A stretch of DNA of 64,000 nt from positions 1-64,000 of the forward strand of contig OZ025705.1 in NCBI GenBank assembly GCA_964019335.1, in the 5' to 3' direction. How positions within the stretch are numbered: the first letter of the stretch is position 1; each line of letters starts with the position of its first letter. This document shows, piece by piece, positions 45,962 to 57,036 of the stretch. Origin of the DNA: Diplonema japonicum. Lineage: Eukaryota > Protista > Euglenozoa: Diplonemea. The position numbers and the translations under genes are program-made. Below the pieces are notes generated by a model that saw only the letters and a program-made list of their open reading frames with translations, searched no databases and had not been told where the DNA came from.

Positions 45962-47589
45962 TTACTTCCTGCGCAAGGAAGTCTGGTTTGTACCAGCACC
46001 GGGCTGTGTGTGTTGTCCAGGGTTGGCTGGCATACCTGATAGTTGTGGTGGTAAAAGGTCTTTTGATCGGTGCGCAGGGCGGTCTCTTTCAGCTCTAAGG
46101 AGTCGCGCTGCTCACGGAGGCGAATCTCCTGTTCGAGGAGAGGACGCTCCCTTTCGTTGGTCTCGCTGATCTCGTTGTGGAACTCGTTGTTCTGGTCTTC
46201 AATAGTCTTCACGTCCATCGCGGCTGCTTCGCTGCGTCGCTCGGCTGCCATTCGTTCCGCGTTGAGCTCCTGCTCCCTGTCTCTGTGGGACTGCAACAGG
46301 TTTTGCTCCTCTTGCTTGATGCCGCTGCACCTGTTGACGTTTTCATTTGCTGCGTTGTGCCGCAGCTGCGCCGCCTTCACCTCTTGCTGCTCAATGCCGA
46401 TCTTGTTGTCCAGCTCCGTCAGCAGCAGGATGGTGTCAGCGACCTCCTGTTCTGCTTGCCGCCTCTGCTCGGCTCCGATTTTCGCGCCGTCATGTGCCTT
46501 CTGCAGCTCGTGGGCAGCAGACTGTGTCTTGGCGCCTTCCCTTTCTGCCCCGCTCACGTAGTCACTGTGCAGCTGCTCCGTCTGCCGCAAGTACGACTCA
46601 ACGTTGCCTATATCCCTCTCTGTGTGCCCTGTCCGCTGGAGTGCCTTCTCTGTCTCTTGCTTGTACTCCTCAAAGCCTTGAGCCTTGATCCTCTCCTTTT
46701 CTTTTTGCAGTGCGAGGTCTTGCTCCTTAATGCCGAACTCTTTTCTGTTTCTGTCCACCTCTCTTGCCGCGTCACGCGCGTCGTCTTCGCACCTTCGCAG
46801 CTTGTCGACCTTGACATGCACCTCCCTTTCTTGTGTTGCAAGCCGTGCCTCCGCCGCCGCCACGTCCTTCACCCTGTCTTCGAAGGCTGCCTTAGCGTGG
46901 CGTTCGTTTTCGTGGGCAGCTTGTATGGCGTCCTTGACAGCGTCCATCTCGCCTTGCAGGCGCATGTCCTCCCAGTAAAACTTCAGCCGGTGGTAAAGGG
47001 AGTCTATGAGGGAGGGGTAAAGCTCGGCGAAGCGTTGGAACTCGGAGTAGCTCACGAGGCTGTCCTGGTTGAGGTCTGCCTTGAGGAAGAGGTCGGTGAT
47101 GGTGGCGGTGGTGAAGGGGAGGGACGCGAGTGAGCAGCAGCGGTGGAACTCGTCGGAATCGATGTGCCGGTCGTTGTTGAGATCCATGTCGTCGAAGATG
47201 GCGGACACCTTCTCGTCGTGCGACGGGTCGTCCGGCACAGCAAGGGCACTGGCGTGCGAGGCTAGCTTTGCCTTCACAGGAGCTGGGATCGCAGCTCGAA
47301 CCTCTTTATGCCACGGGTTGGGCTGCTGGAACGCGTACAGTTGGCAGTACTCCGACAGCTGGTTCCCACTCACTAGGTCCACCCACTTTCCCCTCCCTTC
47401 CTCAAACACTTGGAACCTGCTGGTTTTGTACCTCCCGACGTCCCGAGAGCCTTTTCGCTCTTCCACTTCTATCCCGTAGCACTTTTCGACCATCTCCCCC
47501 AACTGCTTCAGGGACGGCCTCATGGCAAACTCTACTTCCAGGTTCACCTTCTCCCCGAAGAGGTCACTTGCTACGAGTACCGTAAACAT
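45962..47589 (-). CDS. BILBO1: BILBO1 homologue (flagellar pocket collar protein)
   Basis: N-term VASDLFGEKVNLEVEF..RP...KWVDL...QL.EYCQLY.FQ.PN.WHKE matches the trypanosome BILBO1 NTD as I recall it; two EF-hands, long coiled coil, LLEQEIRLREQRDSLE zipper; intron 46004-46035. Confidence 0.9.
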
Positions 47590-50167
47590 GGTGGTGTCCT
47601 GTGATGTGAGTTTGATGGGCTTAATGGGTTTATTTTAAGTGAGGGGGTAAAAGGATCAAAGAAAAAAGAGGGAAAATAAAACCACACAGTAATAAGAAAG
47701 GAAGAGGAGGGGGGGGGCGGGAAAAAATGGAATACGTAACTAGAGTCTGTCGCACTTTGTGTTTTCTTTTGTCGGGTTTTGCCCCCCTTTTTTTTTCCTC
47801 TTCTTTTTTCCTCTTGAGAAACAGAACGAGGGAAGAGAAAGGCAGGAAAACAAAACAAACAAAAGAGAAAAACCTGACATTATCAGGGAAAAAAAAGAGA
47901 AAAGAAAAAAAACTAGTTTGGCGCTCCATTTGTTTGTGCGCACGAGCGGAATTTTACCTAATAAAATAGCTCATTACGCTGCCATCAACTAGTTTTTAGT
48001 CTCGACAATAATATTGTTAAAACAAAAAAAGGGGGGGGGGGGTGGAGGAACGCTGCATTTCTTTTTTCTTTCTCTTTTTTTTTGATATTCTGTTTCGCTC
48101 TGTGGAGAGGTGGGTCAACTTATAAAAAAACCTCCAAGTAATGTACCCCCCCCCCCCCCCCCGTCTCCCCAATCGGCTAAGTAATGGAAACGGTAGTGTT
48201 TTCATATATCGTAGGTTCTCAAAAAAAAAAAGAAAGCACTGCTACGTCTTAGCCATCAGAGCCTGTGGAGGGTGGGGGTGTGTCTTTTAAAAGAAACAAA
48301 AAAAGTAAAACACAAAATTCGGCTTTAATTTTCTTTTACACAAAAAAGCGACAATCCTTTCAAAAAAAAGAGGGGGGGATACGACCTTGCGTACTTCTAC
48401 CATTTTTCAGAAAGAAAAAAAAAATAGAAAAGAATGTAACTAATCTTCAACCCCAAGGTAAACAATTCTGCTGAGAGTCGGAAGAACGCTCTCCATGGTG
48501 TATGGAAGGTTAGATTTTCTCTTCTTCCTTTTTATTCTACTTTTCTTTTTTTGGGGGGTCACCTTTTGTATAATCGAAAAAAGCAGGTCAAAAAGACGTA
48601 AAATTACCCTCTAAAAAAAAAAAGAAAAAAAAAAAGAAAAAAACTACTATTCCAGTTACCATTTTATAAGCAGTTGATAGTAATACAAGGGCAGAAAACT
48701 GTCTTTTAAAATCCCTAATGTTACAGAAATAATGAGGGGGGAAAGGGGGGGGGGGGACCGATTCATACTGTAAAAAAAAATAATAATAATAAGAATAAAA
48801 ATCTCGCTCAGGCGTGGTGAGGGTATCTTTTCCTTTTTTTTTTCTTTTTTTCCCCGTCCAAGAATTCCCAGAAATGACGCATTTAAGGGGAAGCGTTGTT
48901 GCCAGTACCCCCCACTAAAAGGTCCTGCTGCCCCACTTTTAAAAAAAAAATAAATAAATAAACGGCTCAGTATATCTATAGTGGAAAAAAAACTATCGAA
49001 TTGACGTCTCTACCCCCCCCCCCCCCCCCCCCCGGAAGAAAAAACCCTTCTTTTAAAAAAAAGATACGGGTGTGGAAAAATGGTTTGCTTCACGATTCTG
49101 CGCGAGGGAGGGGGAAAAAAAAAAGAAGAAAACACACAGGGCAGCTGAGTGACCGGGAACTATGTTTTTAAAAAGGATGTTTTTTTTTTTTTTTTTTTTT
49201 TTTTTGTGTTCCTTCCCCTCCTCTTCTTTTTTAATAAAAAAATAAAAAATAAATAAACCAAGGAACAGATCTAAGCAGACAAATAGACTGGAGTGAAAGG
49301 GGACATAAAAAAATGGAGGGGGGGAGCTTAAAGAATCTGTCAGAAGGCAGAGGGAGTACGGGCAATGGGGGAAGAAAGAGCAACATACACTGGCGATGCA
49401 TGCAAATGCATCTGTATATTGCCCTTCTGGGAAGAACGGGAAGGGAAACAGAAAATACAGAACCGAAAGAAGAAAAAAAAAAAATGACCACACACAGTAT
49501 ACTTAGCTTTAGAGAAAGAAAAATCACTTTCTTCTGGTTTTCTTTTTTAAACGTATAACTGTGTTCTTCATTTAGAAAAAAGAAAGAAAAAAATCCACCC
49601 CCACCTACTGCCCTTGGGTGGCAATACAGAACACGAGCTGACACAACATAACTTGTCTGCCATTTCCCCACAGGAACCAAACAAGAGCAGGGAAGTGTGT
49701 GGCTGGGACCCCAACACACCCTAAAGTGGCCTGTTTTGTCAGGCACCCACTCAAACCGGCAAAAAAGAAAAAATAATAATAATAATAAGTGGGCAGTAGG
49801 CGTTCGGGGGGGGGTTTTTTTTTAGTTATAAAAAACGAAGAAAAAAATAAATTAGACAGCGGGGAAAAAAAAAGAAAAGAAGAAGAAAAAAGATAAGAGG
49901 CGGGGGGTGTTTAGCAAACGACCCCCCCCCCCCCCCCCCCACCCCAAGGAAAAAGTATAACAACGGTTTTATAATAAAAAAAATGTTTCTTACGCTTTCA
50001 AAAAACATTTCCATTTCTTTTTTTTTTTAATACCAATCCCCCTTTTTTCTTCTTCTCTTTTTTTTTTTTAATAACGAATAAAAAAAAAACACAATCCTTG
50101 CAAGTGAGGGGGAAGGGGGGGAAAAAAAAATGAAGACACGGGCGACAAATCTTTCTTCCTCCTTTTC

Positions 50168-51625
50168 TTAATGAATCACAGGTAACATATGACGAACCTG
50201 ACATCTGTCTGCAGGGGCGTGTTTCTTCGCAGAAGATTTTTTATCAGCCTTTCGAAGCGGCTTGCAAGGGGTGGGAAGACTGCGGTCCGCTGCCGGAAGG
50301 CGCCGGAGGATACCAGTAATGCGTTTGGAACGCGGGGCACACGTGATGGTGGCTGCTGTGCACTTCGCGGTCTCCCGCAACACAGGGGCCTCTAGCACAG
50401 CGTCCAATGCCGCAAAGTCATCAGCAGCGGTGTCAGATGAAACGGATGCTCGCCTGAAAGTGCTTGCTCTGCACTGGACATAGTTAATAACTTTATGCCG
50501 TTGTAATGATGAGTAGTTCACCGGCTTTGTCAGCCATCCTGTGCTGAGAAGTTCGGATGCAGTAGGCCTTAGCTTCTCATCCCTCATGAGACACTTTCCT
50601 AGCAGCTCTCTGCACCCTGTGCCCGCTTCCTTGGGCAGTGCTACAGGACCTTCATCTGAAGCTATTGCGAACATCGCCGCGTGTGGTGTTTTACATCCAG
50701 AGAACGGTGGCCGTCCTGTCAGCATTTCCACAACTGTACACCCAACGCTCCATATGTCAGCAGGGTATGAGTGCCCGCTTTGTTTAATGACCTCAGGGGC
50801 CATCCAATGTGGTGTGCCCTCTAGTGTGACGAACCTTCCCGTGCCCTCGATGGCCTTTGACGACCCGAAGTCCGCCAGCCGCAGGCTGCAGTTCACATCC
50901 AGTAGGATGTTCGCCCCCTTGATGTCCCTGTGGATGACGTTCTTGCTGTGGAGGTACTCCACCCCGCGCACGATGTCCCTTGTGAAGGTGCGTGCAACGT
51001 CGTCTGTCAGTTTGCCCATTGTGGTGAGCAGGTGTGACAGGGTGCCGCCAGGGTGGAACCGCATCACAAGGTTGATGGTGTTGTACTCCTTGTATGCTCC
51101 AAGGGTTTCTATTATATTCGGATGGGATAATGTGGTGGCTGTTCTGACTTCCTGGAGAAGCGTCTGGACCGACGCTATGCTTTGTGTCAGAATGACCTTT
51201 TTAACAGCGTACATCGGAACAGGCCCAGACCGTGATGGCCGTGATGTCGCTAAGTACACATGGCCGTAGCTGCCTTCTCCAAGGACTTGGCGGAATTTCA
51301 GTGACGCGACGAATTTTTCGGGCAACATGTTGCAGCAGGCTACCTCGCGTTCCTGAGGGAGGGGGAGGGGGGGGGCAGGGGGTTGTTGTGCCACCGCGAC
51401 CACTTGTTGCACCTCCTTCTCCACCATAGGGCTTGGAGGGGGTGTCACGTCAAAGCTCCCCATGTCCTCCTGTATCGAAGTGTCCTCCTCACAGTAGTAA
51501 CTGTTGTCTGTGTCTATCTCATCCACACGGTACATCACGTTGTGCTCTTGAACGGCAGTGCCTCCTTGCCGTAGGCCGCTCGCATCCCTCCTCCTTAACC
51601 TCCCCACACATACCCCAGATGACAT
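50168..51625 (-). CDS. STE11/MEKK-like Ser/Thr protein kinase
   Basis: GEGSYG, AVK, HRDIKGANIL, DFG, GTPHWMAPE, DIWSVGC. Confidence 0.9.
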   Translation of the reverse strand: MSSGVCVGRLRRRDASGLRQGGTAVQEHNVMYRVDEIDTDNSYYCEEDTSIQEDMGSFDVTPPPSPMVEKEVQQVVAVAQQPPAPPLPLPQEREVACCNMLPEKFVASLKFRQVLGEGSYGHVYLATSRPSRSGPVPMYAVKKVILTQSIASVQTLLQEVRTATTLSHPNIIETLGAYKEYNTINLVMRFHPGGTLSHLLTTMGKLTDDVARTFTRDIVRGVEYLHSKNVIHRDIKGANILLDVNCSLRLADFGSSKAIEGTGRFVTLEGTPHWMAPEVIKQSGHSYPADIWSVGCTVVEMLTGRPPFSGCKTPHAAMFAIASDEGPVALPKEAGTGCRELLGKCLMRDEKLRPTASELLSTGWLTKPVNYSSLQRHKVINYVQCRASTFRRASVSSDTAADDFAALDAVLEAPVLRETAKCTAATITCAPRSKRITGILRRLPAADRSLPTPCKPLRKADKKSSAKKHAPADRCQVRHMLPVIH

Positions 51626-51767
51626 ATGGGGTTCCTGTGAGATTGTTTTTTCTTGGGGGGGGAGCAGAACGGGAGGAGTATTAATTTAAAAAAGAGTGTG
51701 TGAAAACAAAAAAGGGGGGGGGGTTCTTTCAGATTCAGAAAAAGAAGAAGGAAAAAAAAAAAAAAAC

Positions 51768-51815
51768 GTGTCTTTGAAGGGAACCCTGCAGTGTGGCAAG
51801 GATCTCCTAGCGACA
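51768..51815 (-). repeat. Diverged solo copy of LINE 3' end
   Basis: GTGTCTTTGAAGGGAACCCTGCAGTGTGGCAAGGATCTCCTAGCGACA aligns with 61250-61296. Confidence 0.7.
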
Positions 51816-52285
51816 GTTTCGAAAAAAAAAAAGGAACAATTAATGTTGTTTTTTTAAAAAAAAAAAGAAGAAAAAGAGCAAGGAAAAAAAAAAAAGAAGT
51901 ATTCTGTTAACTGAATACTTCCTACAGGCGCTCTTGCAACATCCACCACAGCCATCAAAAAAGAAAAAGAAAACTGGAATAACTGGACAATAGTGTGTTG
52001 CTGTTCCCCCCCCCCCCCCCCCCCTCCATTTCTTTCCTAATGTAACAAAATCAAACTTTTTTCTTCTTATTCATCACTACCCCCCCCCCCCCCCCCCCCC
52101 ACTTTTGCATTTATAAGAGAAACAAAAAACTTTTAAAAAACTAAAAAAAAAAACTTCTTTTCTTCTAAAGGTATACGCTCACCAGCCGAGCTGAAAATAA
52201 AAAAAGAAGAAGAAAATTAAGGAGAATAATAATAAAAAAAATAATAACAATCTAAAAAAAAAAAAAAAAATTATAGAAAATTTCT

Positions 52286-55200
52286 CTACCCGTCGTACTG
52301 GAAGAGGACATCATCCTCATCGGGGTCATCATCATCGTCATCATCATCATCTTCGTCTTCATCTTCATCCTCATCATCATCAGGAGTGGCAGGGGCACAC
52401 GGCGGCCGACGAGACGCTACAGTAGAAGCAGCACAACCAGTAAGCTCCGTGATGAGCTGGTGGACAACGTCCCCCAACCGGAGGATGGACGGGTCCGAAT
52501 CACTACACACAAAAGGCTTCAAACCTTGCAAGAAGGCAACACCAATGTCCATATAATGTGAAGTTTGGAAATGCCCGGGCATCAACCGCCCTGATTTTGT
52601 AAGAAGCCTGTCGGAGCCCATCATCGATGCCTCAATGGTATAAGACAGCCTGACACCTAACTCCTTCCACACAACAACACGGCCGGTGCTCTCCTTTGCC
52701 TTTTGTACTTTGAATGATGAAGAATCGTAAGAAAAGGTGCTTGTTTCGTCCTTTATGAGTCGTGGCAGCACCCTCTCCAAGACAAGTGCGGGTGTCACAG
52801 CGGCGTTTTTCTTTATCGCGTTGCAGCCGTATGTGAAGAAGTTACGGTGTTTGCTGTGTCCGTGAATATCGCAGAACAGCAGTACGTCTCGCCCTTGCTT
52901 CAGCTTCACGTGTTTGATGAGCCCCTTCAACCAGTAGATGGAAGGCGACACCACTTGGCTCGGGTTCGACCACTCCCTGTTCAGATCCCTTGCTGTCAGC
53001 GAGCACCGATGGTTCCCATTGATAACCCCGTCCGGGTTCAGCATCGGCACGATCTTCCACACCAACCGTTCTCGGAGGTACCTTTTTTTTTTTTTTTTTT
53101 TTTTTGAATTTCTTTCTTATAAAAGTACTTTGAGTCGTCGTTTGACGAATCCAGTAGCTTGTCGATGAGCCCTTTCACGATCCATGAGGCGCAGCTCTCC
53201 CCAGGGTGCACCCTGGCGCTGATGAAGCAAACCTTTTTTTTATATTTTTATTTTTGGACAAAAAAAAAATAACACACCTTTCTCGCAGCGATTTCCTCCT
53301 GACTGTACGGCGTCCCGTCGTCCCGCTTGTAGCTCGTGATGGTCAACAGGTTGACGTTGTTGTTGCTCACCGTCTTGCAAAGCACCTGGTTGGTGAAGTA
53401 CTCGGAGAGGTTGGGGTGCTGCTCGGGAAGGTGCTTTAAATAGCTTTGCAAGTCTGTAAAAATTACCCCCTTTTTTTCCCAAATAAAAAAAAAAATAAAA
53501 CACCTGAATAAGTATACGGATAGGAGTAGGCTATGTAGCACATGTCATCCTCGTGGTCAAAGGTCCCCTTGAAAGTCAGCGTAAAGCAACTCCCTTGCGA
53601 CCGGTTCTCAAGCTTGCGAAGAACAGACGACACAAGCACTGCCTTCTCCGCGTCCGTTGACGGGCAATCTTTCTTTTTAAACCGTTTCTTGTCGGCCGAC
53701 ATGGCACGCTCCACGTCACGCGGCAGCGGTGGCCTGCGCTTGTAGGCGTTGCGCATGTACGCGACGTCCGTCCCTATGCGGTGCCAGCCCTTGCCGGACT
53801 GCGTGAACTCCTTTTCCGAAAACATAACAGGGCGCAGGCCTTCATTGAACAGAGAGGAGGCCTTCTCCAAGTTGATGATGTTGAACTTGTACTCAACACC
53901 CGGAACCATTCCCTCCACCGCGAAGTAAAACCACTGGCTGTGATACGCCGAGTTCATGTCCGTGTTGAGGATCAGATCGTACTCGTTAGGGTAGATCTGA
54001 ATGGCCCGTTTAAGGTTCCCTGACTCGAACCTGCTGGAAAACCGCAATACCGGCTCAACGCACTTCCTCGGGTTGAGCTCCTCTGGGATGGTCCTGTCGA
54101 TATCGTCGTACACGACTGCGTTGACGAGATGCTCGGGCTCCATGAGCCGCTTAAGGTCGTGCAGGACTAGGTTGTTGAGAAGGTTAGGCGGTTGCGTGTA
54201 GAGTGGTTCTGTGTCGTCGGGGGTGTACTTCAGCACAGACGGGCACGACGGCGAGGCCATGGGATCAACGAACAACCGCACATGAGACGCAGTGTCGTGC
54301 TCATGCTCGTATGGCACACGCCCGCCTCGTCGCACGCCCAGCTCAGGGGTGAAGGCTGTGATATCCCCACTGTCGTATGTATTGCCTTCCTCGAACGGGT
54401 AGTTGAAGCTCACCTCCTGTTCTTGATGGATGGGCAGCTCCGTCACGCCGTGGAACCTGAACAGGTGCATGGTGATGTCGAGAAGCGAGCCGCCGTTCTT
54501 CTCGGAGTTGCTGTTCATAACTATATCCACAATACGCTTTGTCCCGCCGAGGCTTTCAAAGTGCCGCGCACCGTCTGCGTTGTCCGCCAGGCATCGAAGC
54601 GTGTCGAGCACCACCTTCTGCAAGTCGACCCCTGCCGACGGGTGGTCCAGCAGCGTGAACATTGTCATGACGCCACCCTCCTTCACCATTGCAGACGCGC
54701 CTTCTTCGACACGTGCGAGAAGAAGCAACAGCTTGCAAGTGATGCGGACGGACATAGGAAGCTGTCTGGTGGGAAGCGTCTTTTGTATGACGTCCATGAG
54801 CAACGGAACAGCACCCTTCTTGACAACAGCAGGCGGGTTGAGGGGGCACTTCCCAACAAGTGCCAGCATGCATGTCGATGCTGGGATGATGAGCTCTTTG
54901 TTGCTCTTCTTGCAGATGGTCAGAAGCGTGGCAAGCCCGCCGCTGAGACGTGACACCGCACCGATCTTCTGGTCGACGGTGGCGACCGTGCAGATGACGG
55001 AACAAATATTCTGCACAATCTTCGCATTAACAGCTTTGTGGAAGTTGAGGATGTTCAGGAGGAGCTTCGAGCCGCCTTTTTTAACGACCTTTTGCACAAC
55101 ACGTATTTGCTTCTTACCGCCGTAGTGCATGAGCGAGAATAAGAGCTGGCTTGCGGTCTCTATGAACACCATGTCCGAAAGGTGGTAGTCCATTGCCGCC

Positions 55201-55466
55201 AGGAGTAAAGGGACACCGCCTCCCTTTGTGTGTATGAATCGCACGAACCAGTCGCGGCCTCCTTCTTCGTTGAGCCTGTACAGGATCACAAAGAGGCCGT
55301 CACGGGCGATTATGCTGTTTTTGAAATGTGCCTTTACGCTTCGGACCACTGAGGCTACGTCTTTGCCTGCACTCGCCCTTTCCCCTGCCGCGAACCCTGT
55401 TTCATCTCCCTTCCTGTCTTTCACAGAGGGTAGGGACAGTGATCGCTTGGGCACCCGCTCAGTCAT
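52286..55466 (-). CDS. Cytosolic carboxypeptidase (CCP1/Nna1-type tubulin deglutamylase) with Armadillo N-terminus
   Basis: FESGNL, QWFYF, YPYTYS, ARVHPGE, PMLNPDGV, NHR, DLNR, DIHGHS, SYTIE. Introns 53454-53503, 53233-53277, 53082-53128. Confidence 0.92.
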
Positions 55467-55530
55467 TGGGGCACCTTTTTTTTTTTTTTTTTTTTTTTAA
55501 AGGTGAGGATTGGTTAATTGTTATGATCGT

Positions 55531-55561
<31 letters not shown>

Positions 55562-57036
55562 AAAAAAGCACGGACCCTATGCACTCACATAGCCAGATAT
55601 GACGCACAAACCTTTGTAACGTGGGGGAGAAGGAAGGGCAGGGAAGAAAAGAAAAAAAAAACACGCTACAAACTAAACTTGGTGTTTTGACGTTCTCATT
55701 TTTTGTGGGGGGGGAGGGGGTCAAGAACTGGACTGGAAAAGAAAACAAAATATATGTATATCGTTATAACTGGCTATGAGTGTGAAAGATGAAAAGGATA
55801 AATAAAGGAGAGAAGAATAAAGGAAGAAAAAAAGAAAAGAAAAGAACCGTATACGTAACCGGAAAGAAAAAAAAATGGGGAGGTGGGGTGGGGTGGGGGA
55901 GTCGGACTCTGTTGAAGAGGGGAGGATATTTCCTTCTTGTTTTGCAGTCATCCCTCACCGACACCCACGGTGACTCCTTCTTCAACAACGCAAGAAAAAA
56001 AGGAGAAAAAAAAAAAAAAAAAAGCCTAATGACGTAGATAAAGGGTCATTCTTTTTTTCCAAGACATCTGGGGAGAAAACAGGTAAAAAAAAAAAGAAAG
56101 GACTCTTTTTTTTTTTATTAAATGATCAGAAAGAAAAAAAAGGGGGGGGTGAGGTATTGGGGGGTGTCTTTTCTTTTTTTTTTTTTCTGTTTATGTTATT
56201 TTGTTTCTTTTTTTCTTCTTTTTTTTTTGTACCGCGCGCTCTTCTAATCGGGTAGGGATGACGAATCTCTTTTGTTAAGCAAGAACTTTTCGTGTTCTTA
56301 CGTAAGTTCAGCCACCCCGTCCCTTTCAGCAGAGGGCTTTTTTTACTTCTGATAGTTCTTTCGTTATAGGATAGGAACCAAACCGCAAACAGGGGCCGTA
56401 TCGCTTTCCACAGCCGGATAAAACTCTTTTCTGAAAAAATCTTTTTTTTTTTTTTGTTACAAATATTTATCTTTCAAAAAATGATTTTATAACTTTATGC
56501 AACTTGTGCCGAGCAAAAAACTTTCGCAGCTTTTTAAAAATCTTTTTTGCTCGTGCGAACAACAAAGACATATAGTCATAAAGAATTATTTTTTTTTTCT
56601 TAACCCGAAGAAAACACTATTGGAAAAAATAAATAAAAAAACAACATAAAAAAAGATTTTACTGACCTTCTACTAAACCCAGGGTCCCTGGTTTATAGCC
56701 AATTCTTTAAGCCTGAGTGTGGGAATTTTTGTTTTTTTTTGTTTTTCAACCCTCCCTGTTATTGTTAATACAAACTGAAGTGTATCCGTTTAAATAATAA
56801 AAAACTTTCATTCATTCGCAAAAAAAAAAAAAAAAAAAAAAAAAAGAAGAAAGAAGAATAAAAGACGGAAAAAAAAAAAAAAGAGAGAGAAAAAAAACCA
56901 ATTAGGGTGGGGAAAAAAAAAAGAAGGAAAAAACTATTTTTTTTTCCCCCTTCTTCTTGTTTTTTTTTTTCCACCCTCCCTGACGTGTAAAAGAAAAAAA
57001 AAAAAGAAAAAGAAAAAGAAAAAAAAAAAAAAACTA

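Noticed and set aside
56673-56696. Imperfect palindrome TAAACCCAGGGTCCCTGGTTTA
   Set aside because: It is isolated, with no partner or repeat elsewhere in the window that I could see.
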